Assembly: GCA_963616935.1 (NCBI GenBank)
Contig: CAVEMS010000004.1
Coordinates: 69,459 to 133,458 of the forward strand
Direction: 5' to 3'
DNA from: a bacterium
GTDB taxonomy: Bacteria > Bacillota_I > Bacilli_A > RFN20 > CAG-826
Length of the DNA: 64,000 nucleotides
Position numbers and translations under genes: made by a program
Notes under the pieces: generated by a model
What the model was told of the DNA's origin: nothing
Databases searched by the model: none
Seen by the model: only the letters and a program-made list of their open reading frames with translations
Shown here: one piece after another, positions 46,668 to 55,495 of the stretch
How positions within the stretch are numbered: the stretch's first letter is position 1
Layout: every line of letters begins with the position of its first letter

Positions 46668-48548
46668 TCAGGATGCGGTGATGATGGTAACCCCGTCTAG
46701 CTTCGACTGGCCGCTTCCGATGTACTTCAAAGATGCGCAATATATCTTGACGTTATAGAAAGTGGTGTTCGGGATTTGCTTACCGAAGACGGAAGCGAGT
46801 TCGAAGCCCTGCGCGTTGATTGTGAGGTTACGCACGATGTTATAAGTGAAAACCTCGGTGCAAAGGATGCCGGTGCTATCGGTTTTGCCTCCCACTGCGT
46901 CTTTGTTAGTCGTCACGGAGTCGTCGTCGAGAGTGAAGGTGAGGTTATCGAGAGTCGCCCCGGAGATAAAACGCCCAAACGCGGAGAGACCCCTGCTTCC
47001 GCCCGTTTCCTTCACCTGATAATGGATATTTTCGAAATTCACGTTACGGACAATCGCGCCGTTTCCGATCACGAGGAAGAAGCCAAAGAGGGTGCTCTTG
47101 TAGTTCTTTATGGAATGGCCATTGCCATCGAAGATGCCTTTGAAGCCGTAGGCGTAGTTGACGGTTCCTAAATCAACATAGGAAGCCGTGGCGTCCTTCC
47201 CTTCGCCATCGAGGTCATTGGCTAAAATATACTGGCCGTAGATCGCGTCTTTAGCGTACTTCTGAACGAAATACTCCTTCATTTGGGAGTAGGTTGTGAT
47301 GTATTTGGTCACGAAGTCGAGGGTGAAGGTATAGACGTCGGTGTAATCCGAAGTATCGAGATAGACGCTGACGCTTTGCTTGCCATAGTTTTCAATCGTG
47401 AACAGGGAAGCGTTGAAACTCACTTGCTTGTCGCTAGAAGAATAGGAGGCGGAAGAGGAAGCAAAATCGATCTCCGTCCCATTCACCACAAGCTTCGAGA
47501 TCTCTTGATATTCGGCTTTCGCGGGGATATCGATTTTCTTGCTATTTGAAGAGTTGCTAACGAAGGTGCGAGAAGAGGCGGTCGAGGTGACGCTCATATC
47601 GAGATCAAAACGCTGCTCCGCCACTTCGACATCGTAATTCCCCATGACGGGCTTATAGATTTCCACGCTTACCTCGATGCTTTCGCCTTCGGCAGTCACC
47701 GTGAAGCTTGTCTTCCCTGATTTATGAGGCAAAAGATTAACCCCGTCCATAGAGAGGACGCTTGGATCTGCGAAGACGATGGATAGATTGCTATAAGAAA
47801 CGTCCTTGCCGCCTTTTAAGACGCGGATATCATCCTTAAGGCTGATGGGGTTCTCGCTATACTTATACATCGAAATCGTGTAATGCGGGCCGAGGTTGTC
47901 ATAGACGAGGTTCTTCCCGCAGATGACGAGGCCATCGTTATTCTTCACGCTCACCTCGAGGGTTTTCGAGAGAACGAAGCCTGCGAATTCGGTGTAAACA
48001 GTATAGGTGTCGATTCCGACTGAATTCCCGCTGATTTTAAGGGAGTCCCCATCCACTTCAATGGACGAGGTCCCTTGATTGGTCTCTTTAGTCACTTTGA
48101 TGGTGTGCTCATAGTCTTTCACATCCGCGCCGCGATAAGATAAGGAGGTATCAAGAAGATAAGTCGTCCCGTTATAGACGGAAAGATTCTGGGTTTCTAA
48201 CTCAAACAAAGGTACCGTGCCATCTTTGGCGATGATGACACTAACCTCATAAGTGACGCTAAGCGAGACGAAGGTTGCCGTCAAAGTCCCTTCTTTGAAG
48301 AAGCTTTGGAAGGCTCCATCCTCATAGGTCGCTAGGCTCGTGTCGCTAAGCGTGACGGCGAAATCGAGCCTGGAATCAGGCGTGTACTCCTTTTTCTCAA
48401 GAAGCCCAAGATAGACGTTATCGGTCTTAACGCCGTTATCTTCGCTATAAGGCACCTCTTTTGGCCCATTCGAGGAAGAGCCGCAAGAAGCTAGCCCAAG
48501 GACAAATGACGAAGCGACCAGAAGTAATGCTTTCGATGTCTTTTTCAT
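46668..48548 (-). CDS. large surface lipoprotein (626 aa) with an FDGNGH beta-helix-like module
   Basis: Lipobox LASCG. The C-terminal motif YGFKGIFDGNGHSIKNY...LFGFF...IVRNVNF is shared with two other proteins in the window. Confidence 0.6.
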   Translation of the reverse strand: MKKTSKALLLVASSFVLGLASCGSSSNGPKEVPYSEDNGVKTDNVYLGLLEKKEYTPDSRLDFAVTLSDTSLATYEDGAFQSFFKEGTLTATFVSLSVTYEVSVIIAKDGTVPLFELETQNLSVYNGTTYLLDTSLSYRGADVKDYEHTIKVTKETNQGTSSIEVDGDSLKISGNSVGIDTYTVYTEFAGFVLSKTLEVSVKNNDGLVICGKNLVYDNLGPHYTISMYKYSENPISLKDDIRVLKGGKDVSYSNLSIVFADPSVLSMDGVNLLPHKSGKTSFTVTAEGESIEVSVEIYKPVMGNYDVEVAEQRFDLDMSVTSTASSRTFVSNSSNSKKIDIPAKAEYQEISKLVVNGTEIDFASSSASYSSSDKQVSFNASLFTIENYGKQSVSVYLDTSDYTDVYTFTLDFVTKYITTYSQMKEYFVQKYAKDAIYGQYILANDLDGEGKDATASYVDLGTVNYAYGFKGIFDGNGHSIKNYKSTLFGFFLVIGNGAIVRNVNFENIHYQVKETGGSRGLSAFGRFISGATLDNLTFTLDDDSVTTNKDAVGGKTDSTGILCTEVFTYNIVRNLTINAQGFELASVFGKQIPNTTFYNVKIYCASLKYIGSGQSKLDGVTIITAS

Positions 48549-48560
48549 GTTCGTTCCTCC

Positions 48561-50531
48561 TTATATGCCCCAACTCGAATAGACGGATTCGAGGTAATAA
48601 TGCTCCATATGCTCGACCATACCGATGCTTTCGGCGTCTTTTTTGAAGCTCCGCCTCATCTCGATAAGCTCATTCGGACTATAGCTATTGCCGTGCAGAT
48701 TGCATAAAGCGAAGCGAGGGAACATGGTCTCGACGAGAATGTGCTTCTTAAGGGTTTTATAAAGAGAGGAATCGGAAGTCTGGTACTTCTCAATCGCCTT
48801 ATAGGCCTCATCCATCTGCCCAAGCCAATTGACGAGCATCTGCTTCGGCCAATATTCGGCTTTGCTTCCTATTTCTTGGTAAACGCCTCCGCCCAAGCCA
48901 TAGACCTCGGGTTTACTTTCGAGATAAGTCTCCCAAGAGATCATCTCCTCGTAATATTGTCTCATGATCGAAGAAGCGTCCTTGAAGTAATTGGCGAAGA
49001 ATTTGTCGACGCATTCGCTGTAATTCGCGTTCACGTCAAACTGGGCTTTGGAATCAAGGTATTCCTTGAGTTTGCCGAAGCAAGTGACGTTTTGATTGTA
49101 TCTTTGTCCTTCGTTATAGACGATGGAGGCGCCATTAGCCTTGAGGAAGCGATAATTGACCATCATCGTCGAATAGGTGTTATACGGATAAAGATAATGA
49201 TGGTAGTCGGTCTCATAAACCCAGGCGGTGATGTGGCTTGCGTAATTTCCCCAAGCCTTGATGTTATCTGCGTAGCTCGCGTTCTCTTCGTCATAGAAGG
49301 TCTTCGTGTAGTTCGCGTGGAGAGGGGCGATCAGAACATAGATGTCCTCATTGAGTTTGAGGCTTGGATCGTCCTCGACGGAAACGCTTGGGGGATTGAT
49401 GGAAGAAAGATAGGCGAAGAAATTGAGATGAATCTCTCTTTTTTCCGTATGCTTTTCTTCCGCCTCTTCCTCCAAATAAGCCTGCATTTTGTCATCGAGC
49501 TTGTTCACGAAGCGGATGATGGAACCAGAGATTGAGCCATCCTTGGCGATCGCTTTTTGGCAAGAGGTGCAAGAACAGCAGCTTCCTACGTCGTTGTCGG
49601 TGAAATTGAGGATATCGTTGTCACCGCAATTCACGATGGAACGTTTCACGCTTTCGAAGGCGGTATCGATCATTTCTTCGAGAGATTCATCATCCCCATG
49701 GGCGGTATAGCAAAGCTGCTCGCCGGACTCGGAGAACCATTCGGGATGGTACTCATCCATGTTTGTGGTATCCGTGTGGATAACGGGGCTAATGTAATTG
49801 AAGACGTTATGGAAAGAGGCGCCAGTATCCTTGGGGTTCTCGCAATTCGGGATGATGTAAGCGTATGAGGTGGCGTAACCCATGCCGTATTTCGTAGTGG
49901 CGGTCAGGTTGTTAGTCGGATTCGCGCAGTCAAAATCAGGGCGTTCTACGATCTCCATATCGGGCATGATTGAGCCATCCCTATCGTAAACCACCGTATC
50001 CTCGACGATCATGTCGTAACCGACGGTATGACGAAGGAAGGCAAGCGATCCCATCTGGTAGCCGGTGTAGCGCCTAGCCATGAGGAAAACGTTATTGCCG
50101 TAGCTTGAAATATAGTAGCCGGCCTTCCCTAGGACTTTGATGCTAGGGAGCTCCTTATTCGCATCCTCGAACAAATCGCTAGATCCGACGATGATGTATT
50201 TGTCGCTACGCGAGACGGAATCCTCGAAGTCGGCGATGTCGATGGATTCCATTAGTGCGCCGGTCGCGTTATAGACGTTAGAGATGATGAAGGAAGCGGC
50301 TTCGCTCGCCCCTTTGACGGAGCTATCGACGATGACTTTATATTCGGTCGTCTTGTCTTGATTCACGAAAGCGCGGTTTCCGTATTTGACGCGCGTCTCA
50401 TGCAGAGTTCCTTCATTTAGAAGAGGGTAGCCCGATTCGTCATAAGCTACGGTTTCCTCTTGGCTCGCGCTTCCACAGGAAAAAAGGAAGAGAAGAGAGA
50501 GGGCCAATGCGTTTTTGCAGATCTTGTTCAT
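48561..50531 (-). CDS. lipoprotein (656 aa), hypothetical; possibly a glycan-binding or glycosidase-like surface protein
   Basis: Lipobox LFSCG and a Cys cluster GSCCSCTSC. No confident family assignment. Confidence 0.5.
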   Translation of the reverse strand: MNKICKNALALSLLFLFSCGSASQEETVAYDESGYPLLNEGTLHETRVKYGNRAFVNQDKTTEYKVIVDSSVKGASEAASFIISNVYNATGALMESIDIADFEDSVSRSDKYIIVGSSDLFEDANKELPSIKVLGKAGYYISSYGNNVFLMARRYTGYQMGSLAFLRHTVGYDMIVEDTVVYDRDGSIMPDMEIVERPDFDCANPTNNLTATTKYGMGYATSYAYIIPNCENPKDTGASFHNVFNYISPVIHTDTTNMDEYHPEWFSESGEQLCYTAHGDDESLEEMIDTAFESVKRSIVNCGDNDILNFTDNDVGSCCSCTSCQKAIAKDGSISGSIIRFVNKLDDKMQAYLEEEAEEKHTEKREIHLNFFAYLSSINPPSVSVEDDPSLKLNEDIYVLIAPLHANYTKTFYDEENASYADNIKAWGNYASHITAWVYETDYHHYLYPYNTYSTMMVNYRFLKANGASIVYNEGQRYNQNVTCFGKLKEYLDSKAQFDVNANYSECVDKFFANYFKDASSIMRQYYEEMISWETYLESKPEVYGLGGGVYQEIGSKAEYWPKQMLVNWLGQMDEAYKAIEKYQTSDSSLYKTLKKHILVETMFPRFALCNLHGNSYSPNELIEMRRSFKKDAESIGMVEHMEHYYLESVYSSWGI

Positions 50532-50543
50532 ATTCTAGCCTCC

Positions 50544-53500
50544 TTAAGCCTTGCTCACGTGGGTCAGGAACGTTTTGGTCGTGAAATTCCCTGTCTCATC
50601 GATGACGTGGATGGTGAAACGGTAATCGCCCTCCTCCTTGAACGTGTAGGCGTTATAGGAGGAATCAAGATAATGATAGACGCCGCTTGGGGTGAGCATT
50701 GATCTTTGGATAATGAGCTTATCTTCGGAAGTTTCGTTGTCGCTCACCTCGAATTTTGGAAGATAGACCGTCTCCCCCACTTTGGCTTCGCTTACCATGC
50801 CTCTAGAGAAGCTAACGGTCGGGGCGATATCGTCATAGACGCGGATGTAATAACTGATTGCGAGTTCGGTGCCGTTAGAAAGGAAACGCGAATCCTCAAT
50901 CGAGGTGATGGTGAAGTAATATTGCCCATATTCGCTTAAAGTGATGTCATAGGCTTTGCTAGGATCGGCGTTTTGAAGGAGGGTCCCATCGCTCGCCTTC
51001 ATATATTCCCCATTAGGAGAGGTGACGCTTAACGAGAAGGTCACATTCGGGGAGAGAACGTCGAAACTATAGGCGGGATCGATATGGTAGACCGAGTTGA
51101 TGCTCTTGGTTCCGCCGTAATTGCTGTCCATTTCGACGACCGGGGAGACGCGGTCTCTCGCGGTCTTCGAGGAGAAGCCAGACTGGCAATAGCTCGTAAG
51201 GTTTAACTTCGCTCCGACATCGCAGTTCTCGAATTCGAGGGTGAAGTAGGCTTTCTTAGAGGTGAAGCCGGTGAAGGGACTACCATCAGAGAAGGCAGTC
51301 ACTGGAAGAGAAGAACCTCCGCAGGTGAAAGAGCCGTCTTCATAGGCGATGCTATAAGAGTTGCCGCCTTCGTTGATGGAATTGTTAATGCAGGCGTTAC
51401 GCGAACCATTCACCACGAAATAGGTGTTATCCTCATTAAGGGCGACTCTCATCTCAATCGCCTTCGAGAAATCTTCGGAATCGCTTAAGCGGATAACGAC
51501 TCCCCCATTCTTGGAGAAACCCTCCAAAGACTTGAGATCGAGGGTGAAACTATTAAGCAAACATGGCGTGGCGAAAGTGAAACCCGCATAACTAGAGGAA
51601 GTCGAGGTAAGGACAATGCCATCGTCCGCGGTGAGTTCCTTGTTAAGGCCCTCGCTCACAAAGTAGTTCGGAAGGTTAATAGAACGCGCGCTTTCCGCCG
51701 TTCCGATGTTCTTAATGGCCGTAATCTCGTCACTTTGAAGCACGATGTCACCATATTTGGCCGTGACGGTCACTTTGTCTAGATTGTTCGCGACGCTTGG
51801 GCAATATTGCTCGTTGGAGTAATTCTTGGTCCCGTTCGCGTCTTTGACTTCCAAGGTCAATTGTTTCTCTTCGAGTTTATCGTTCTCGTAGAAATAAACT
51901 TTCTCTTCTGGGAAATCGTAATATCCTCCAGAGACGAAGTAACGCGGATAGACGATCGTTTTCTCGAGGATCGGCTCACCGCCATCGCTCACCGAGATCG
52001 TGTATTCCTTGCTGACGCTTTGCCCGATGAGGTCACTCACCTCATAAATGACTTTGTAGTCCTTAAGCTCAGCAATGCGGAAGCCATCCCCTTCGATAAG
52101 GGTCTTCTTCCCATCCACTTCATAATAGGCTTTGACGCTTTTCTTCCCCACTCCGCCTTTCGCATTCACTTCGCTAGTAGCAAAGACGTATTCGCCGACA
52201 TGCATCGAAGTCGAGTGATCTGGCAATTCGAATTCGATCTCATCCAAAGAATCGAGAACGCTCACGGTGTGAAGCTTCTCGGCTTTGTTGCCGGCTTTGT
52301 CATAGGCGGTATAACGGATAGTGTAAGTACCTTGCTTATCCATGAAGAACTTGCCGTCTTTGATTTTGACGTTCGTCCTGTCGTTAGAGAAATAGTTGTA
52401 GAAGACTTCGGTTTTGACATCGCAAGAAAGCGAGACCTGATCATAGGCGCTCGCGCTTGGGATGGGATAGGAATACCCCATGACCGCAATCGTCGGAGAA
52501 GAATTCTCTTCCACGGTGATTTCAGGGGCCTCGCCATCAACGAAGGAATTGTCCTTGAGCTCACTCGCGCTGACTCCACCAATGTCGGTGATCACGAAGT
52601 TCGCCGTAGTCGAGGCGTAGCTCTCCGCGTAGACGGAAAGGAAGGCCCGGTTGCTAGTGAACCCGTTCCAAAGCGAGGAGACTTGGTTGGCATCGTCTAG
52701 ATCAAGAACCGTATCAAGGGTCGCTCCCTTGCCGAATCCCGCTCCATAGACCGTCTTCGTGGCATAATCGAGTCCGAAGCAGAAAAGAGCCTCATCGATA
52801 TAATCCTTATAGCTACTCTTATCGAGCATATAACCATCGAAAGAGACGCCTGACCATAGGCCCCAGGTGTCGTTGGTGTGCAAGCCCTGACTTTGGTGAA
52901 GGCCCGCGAAATAAGGCTGGGCGTCGCTACGAGCGATGCCGCTAGAGGAATGGGATGTCGTCCCGTTGGAATTGGTCTCGATATGCGAATAATAGCAAAG
53001 GATAACGAACTTGCTCGAATCATCCGCGTCAGTCAATTTGATGTAAAGCTGACTGAAATCCGCACTGCCTTTGCTAAAAGGGGCGATATAACCTCTAAGT
53101 AAAGCGTTCGTGTCGTTCATTTCATCGAGGTAAATGGGCTTAGTGAAATTAAGCGTGTCACCAAGACCGAGTTTCACATAAAGCCCGCTCGTCCCTTTGC
53201 CTCCCATCGCCTTAGATTCTTTCTCGTCGATGTATCGGATGGAGGATTTCTCAGTGTTCCCCACATAAGCCTGAGGAAAGCCGACGTTGATCTTCTCGGT
53301 GACGTTATGGATCTCCCCATTCACGTTCACGGAGTACTCGAAGGTGTAGACGCCCGCTTGAGTAAGGACGATATCCGTTTCGGCACTTTGGGTTTGATCA
53401 GGATAAGTCACGACGACGGTAGCCTTATACGATGTCCCATCAAGCGTATAGCTCATGCTCGGGACTTGATAGGAAGAGCCGTAAACGTGGCTGCCTTCCT

Positions 53501-53630
53501 CGAAATCCGACCAGTTCGTCGCCCTCATGACATATGGGGTTGCGGCGCCCAAGGAGGCTTTCTGGGTGGAGCAAGCGCCTAGCATCGTCAGAAGCAGCGC
53601 GCTGGAGAGAAAGAGATTCTTGGCGTTCAT
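50544..53630 (-). CDS. giant surface lipoprotein (about 1030 aa), hypothetical
   Basis: Probable start MNAKNLFL...LGACS (lipobox). The track ORF extends to 53708 and overlaps the permease stop. Confidence 0.55.
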   Translation of the reverse strand: MNAKNLFLSSALLLTMLGACSTQKASLGAATPYVMRATNWSDFEEGSHVYGSSYQVPSMSYTLDGTSYKATVVVTYPDQTQSAETDIVLTQAGVYTFEYSVNVNGEIHNVTEKINVGFPQAYVGNTEKSSIRYIDEKESKAMGGKGTSGLYVKLGLGDTLNFTKPIYLDEMNDTNALLRGYIAPFSKGSADFSQLYIKLTDADDSSKFVILCYYSHIETNSNGTTSHSSSGIARSDAQPYFAGLHQSQGLHTNDTWGLWSGVSFDGYMLDKSSYKDYIDEALFCFGLDYATKTVYGAGFGKGATLDTVLDLDDANQVSSLWNGFTSNRAFLSVYAESYASTTANFVITDIGGVSASELKDNSFVDGEAPEITVEENSSPTIAVMGYSYPIPSASAYDQVSLSCDVKTEVFYNYFSNDRTNVKIKDGKFFMDKQGTYTIRYTAYDKAGNKAEKLHTVSVLDSLDEIEFELPDHSTSMHVGEYVFATSEVNAKGGVGKKSVKAYYEVDGKKTLIEGDGFRIAELKDYKVIYEVSDLIGQSVSKEYTISVSDGGEPILEKTIVYPRYFVSGGYYDFPEEKVYFYENDKLEEKQLTLEVKDANGTKNYSNEQYCPSVANNLDKVTVTAKYGDIVLQSDEITAIKNIGTAESARSINLPNYFVSEGLNKELTADDGIVLTSTSSSYAGFTFATPCLLNSFTLDLKSLEGFSKNGGVVIRLSDSEDFSKAIEMRVALNEDNTYFVVNGSRNACINNSINEGGNSYSIAYEDGSFTCGGSSLPVTAFSDGSPFTGFTSKKAYFTLEFENCDVGAKLNLTSYCQSGFSSKTARDRVSPVVEMDSNYGGTKSINSVYHIDPAYSFDVLSPNVTFSLSVTSPNGEYMKASDGTLLQNADPSKAYDITLSEYGQYYFTITSIEDSRFLSNGTELAISYYIRVYDDIAPTVSFSRGMVSEAKVGETVYLPKFEVSDNETSEDKLIIQRSMLTPSGVYHYLDSSYNAYTFKEEGDYRFTIHVIDETGNFTTKTFLTHVSKA

Positions 53631-53649
53631 AAGGTTTTCCTTTCTTTTG

Positions 53650-54558
53650 TTAGCCTTTGATGCCGCCCATCGTGAGATTGCCCATGAATTTGTCTTTGAA
53701 AATCGCAAACAAGAGCACCACGGGAGCGGAACTCAATATAACCATGTTGAAGGCGTAGACGCCGGTCTTTAATTTCGTATCGCCTGGCACACCGGCGCCG
53801 GCGATAAGCTGCCAGAGGACATAGCCAAGCGTCGGCTTGTCGAGGAGATAGACCATTGGGGTCTGATAATCGTTCCAAAAGGCGACGAAGTTGATGAGGA
53901 GGATGGTGAGGAAGACGTTTTTGACCAAAGGGAAGCCGATACGGAAAAGGATCTGCCAATTGTTGGCCCCGTCGATCTTTGCGGCCTCGAAATAAGCGGA
54001 AGGCACGCTTTTGAAGGAAGTGTACATGACGAAGAAATAAAGCCCAAGCATATTGGCTTTGAGGAGGATGACCCCCCAAAGGCTATTGACTAACCCAAAG
54101 GCATAGGCAACCTTAAGCTCGGAAGGCAAAGCGCCGACGACCGGGATCATCATGGCGAGGAGCACGGCGGTATAGACGACTTTGCTCGTCTTGAATTCGA
54201 AGCGGGCGCAGGCATAGGCCGCAAGGCAAGGCACCAAGGTCTTCACGAAGGCGCTGCCGATCGAGTAGATGAGGGAGTTCCCGAGGACGTCGAGCAAAGA
54301 ACTTTCTTGCCCCGAGCTTTGCGAAATATGAACGAGGGAGAAGATATCGAACAGGTTGAAGTAGAAATTCTTGTTCGTCATCATGAGGTAAGTGCCGCTA
54401 AAATCGGTGGTCTTCGGGCTTCTCGTGGAGACGAATAAGCCATAGCCGAGCAAGACGAAAAGAGCAATTGCGTAAATGATGAGGATCGCAAGGATGATGA
54501 TTGGGAAAACGGTCAAACGGTTGTCCCTAAGCTTGTCTTTCTTTAGTTTCAGTTTCAT
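53650..54558 (-). CDS. carbohydrate ABC transporter permease (CUT1, LplC/YtcP-like)
   Basis: 302-aa protein with 6 TM segments, the EAA-like loop region and the motif YFEAAKIDGANNWQILFRIGFPL. Confidence 0.8.
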   Translation of the reverse strand: MKLKLKKDKLRDNRLTVFPIIILAILIIYAIALFVLLGYGLFVSTRSPKTTDFSGTYLMMTNKNFYFNLFDIFSLVHISQSSGQESSLLDVLGNSLIYSIGSAFVKTLVPCLAAYACARFEFKTSKVVYTAVLLAMMIPVVGALPSELKVAYAFGLVNSLWGVILLKANMLGLYFFVMYTSFKSVPSAYFEAAKIDGANNWQILFRIGFPLVKNVFLTILLINFVAFWNDYQTPMVYLLDKPTLGYVLWQLIAGAGVPGDTKLKTGVYAFNMVILSSAPVVLLFAIFKDKFMGNLTMGGIKG

Positions 54559-54559
54559 A

Positions 54560-55495
54560 TCAGCTCTCCTTGGGACCTAATTTCTCCAACAAATACTTAA
54601 CCCCGAATACCAAGGGGATCGTAACGAAGGTGCAAATGATGCCAAAAGCCGCCATTTGATGGAAAGCCGGGGCGTCGTAATTCCCCTGCACCGCATATTG
54701 CTGGACATTGTTATAGATGACATAGCCCGCCGGGCCAGGAGACAAATTATTGAGGTTCGAGCCATAGAAAGTGAAGAGAGAGTATTGGTTCACGAAGATC
54801 GAAGCGAGGCCCGTGACGATGAAAGTCGAAAGGGTCGGGAATGCAAGCGGAAGGGAGATGCTGAAGAATTCCCTTGCATGGGTCACCCCATCGAGCTTGG
54901 CGGCCTCGAAGATTTCGTTTGGGATCTCACTCATCTTATTGGAATAGATAAGCGTGGTCGTTCCGAAGTTGATAAAGGCGTCAAAAAGGATGATCGTGAT
55001 GTAGGTCTTCACTTCGCTTGCCGAGAGGATATTCACCACTTGGTCGCTTGGAAGGTGTTCCTGGGCGAAATAGAGGATTTCCAAGTTGTTGAAATACTTA
55101 AAGAGGATGATCATGACCGTCGCGGAAAGAATCGAAGGCAAGAACAATATGAAACGGAAAAATTTACTGCCGACGAAGCGACGGGAGATGTAAAAAGCGA
55201 AAAGCAATGCCAACGGGATAGAAATCGCCGAGGAGCAAAGATAGAGGATCAAGGAAATCAACATCGACTGAAGATAGATATTGGTTCCGCCACTAAAAGA
55301 GAATACCTGCTGAAAGTAATAGAAGAAACCGCCATTCGGATTGGCGTTCGGACCATAGTTGAACGCCAGGAGGAACGAGTTCAGGTTCACATAGATGTAG
55401 AAGATTAGAAATTGGAGCACCGGCCAGGCGAGGAGGATCAATTGGAAACCCAGATCCTTCCTACGCTCGGCTGAGCGATTATGCTTTCTACGCAT
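54560..55495 (-). CDS. carbohydrate ABC transporter permease (CUT1, LplB-like)
   Basis: 311-aa protein with the motif FEAAKLDGVTHAREFFSISLPLA, adjacent to the second permease. Confidence 0.8.
   Translation of the reverse strand: MRRKHNRSAERRKDLGFQLILLAWPVLQFLIFYIYVNLNSFLLAFNYGPNANPNGGFFYYFQQVFSFSGGTNIYLQSMLISLILYLCSSAISIPLALLFAFYISRRFVGSKFFRFILFLPSILSATVMIILFKYFNNLEILYFAQEHLPSDQVVNILSASEVKTYITIILFDAFINFGTTTLIYSNKMSEIPNEIFEAAKLDGVTHAREFFSISLPLAFPTLSTFIVTGLASIFVNQYSLFTFYGSNLNNLSPGPAGYVIYNNVQQYAVQGNYDAPAFHQMAAFGIICTFVTIPLVFGVKYLLEKLGPKES

Noticed and set aside
48741-49535. A 264-aa plus-strand ORF and a 297-aa ORF at 51807..52700, both antisense to lipoprotein genes
   Set aside because: Each lies entirely within a larger minus-strand gene with a lipoprotein signal and conserved spacing to its neighbours. 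The translations are low-complexity (Val/Ile/Gly/Asp-rich) and have no motifs.
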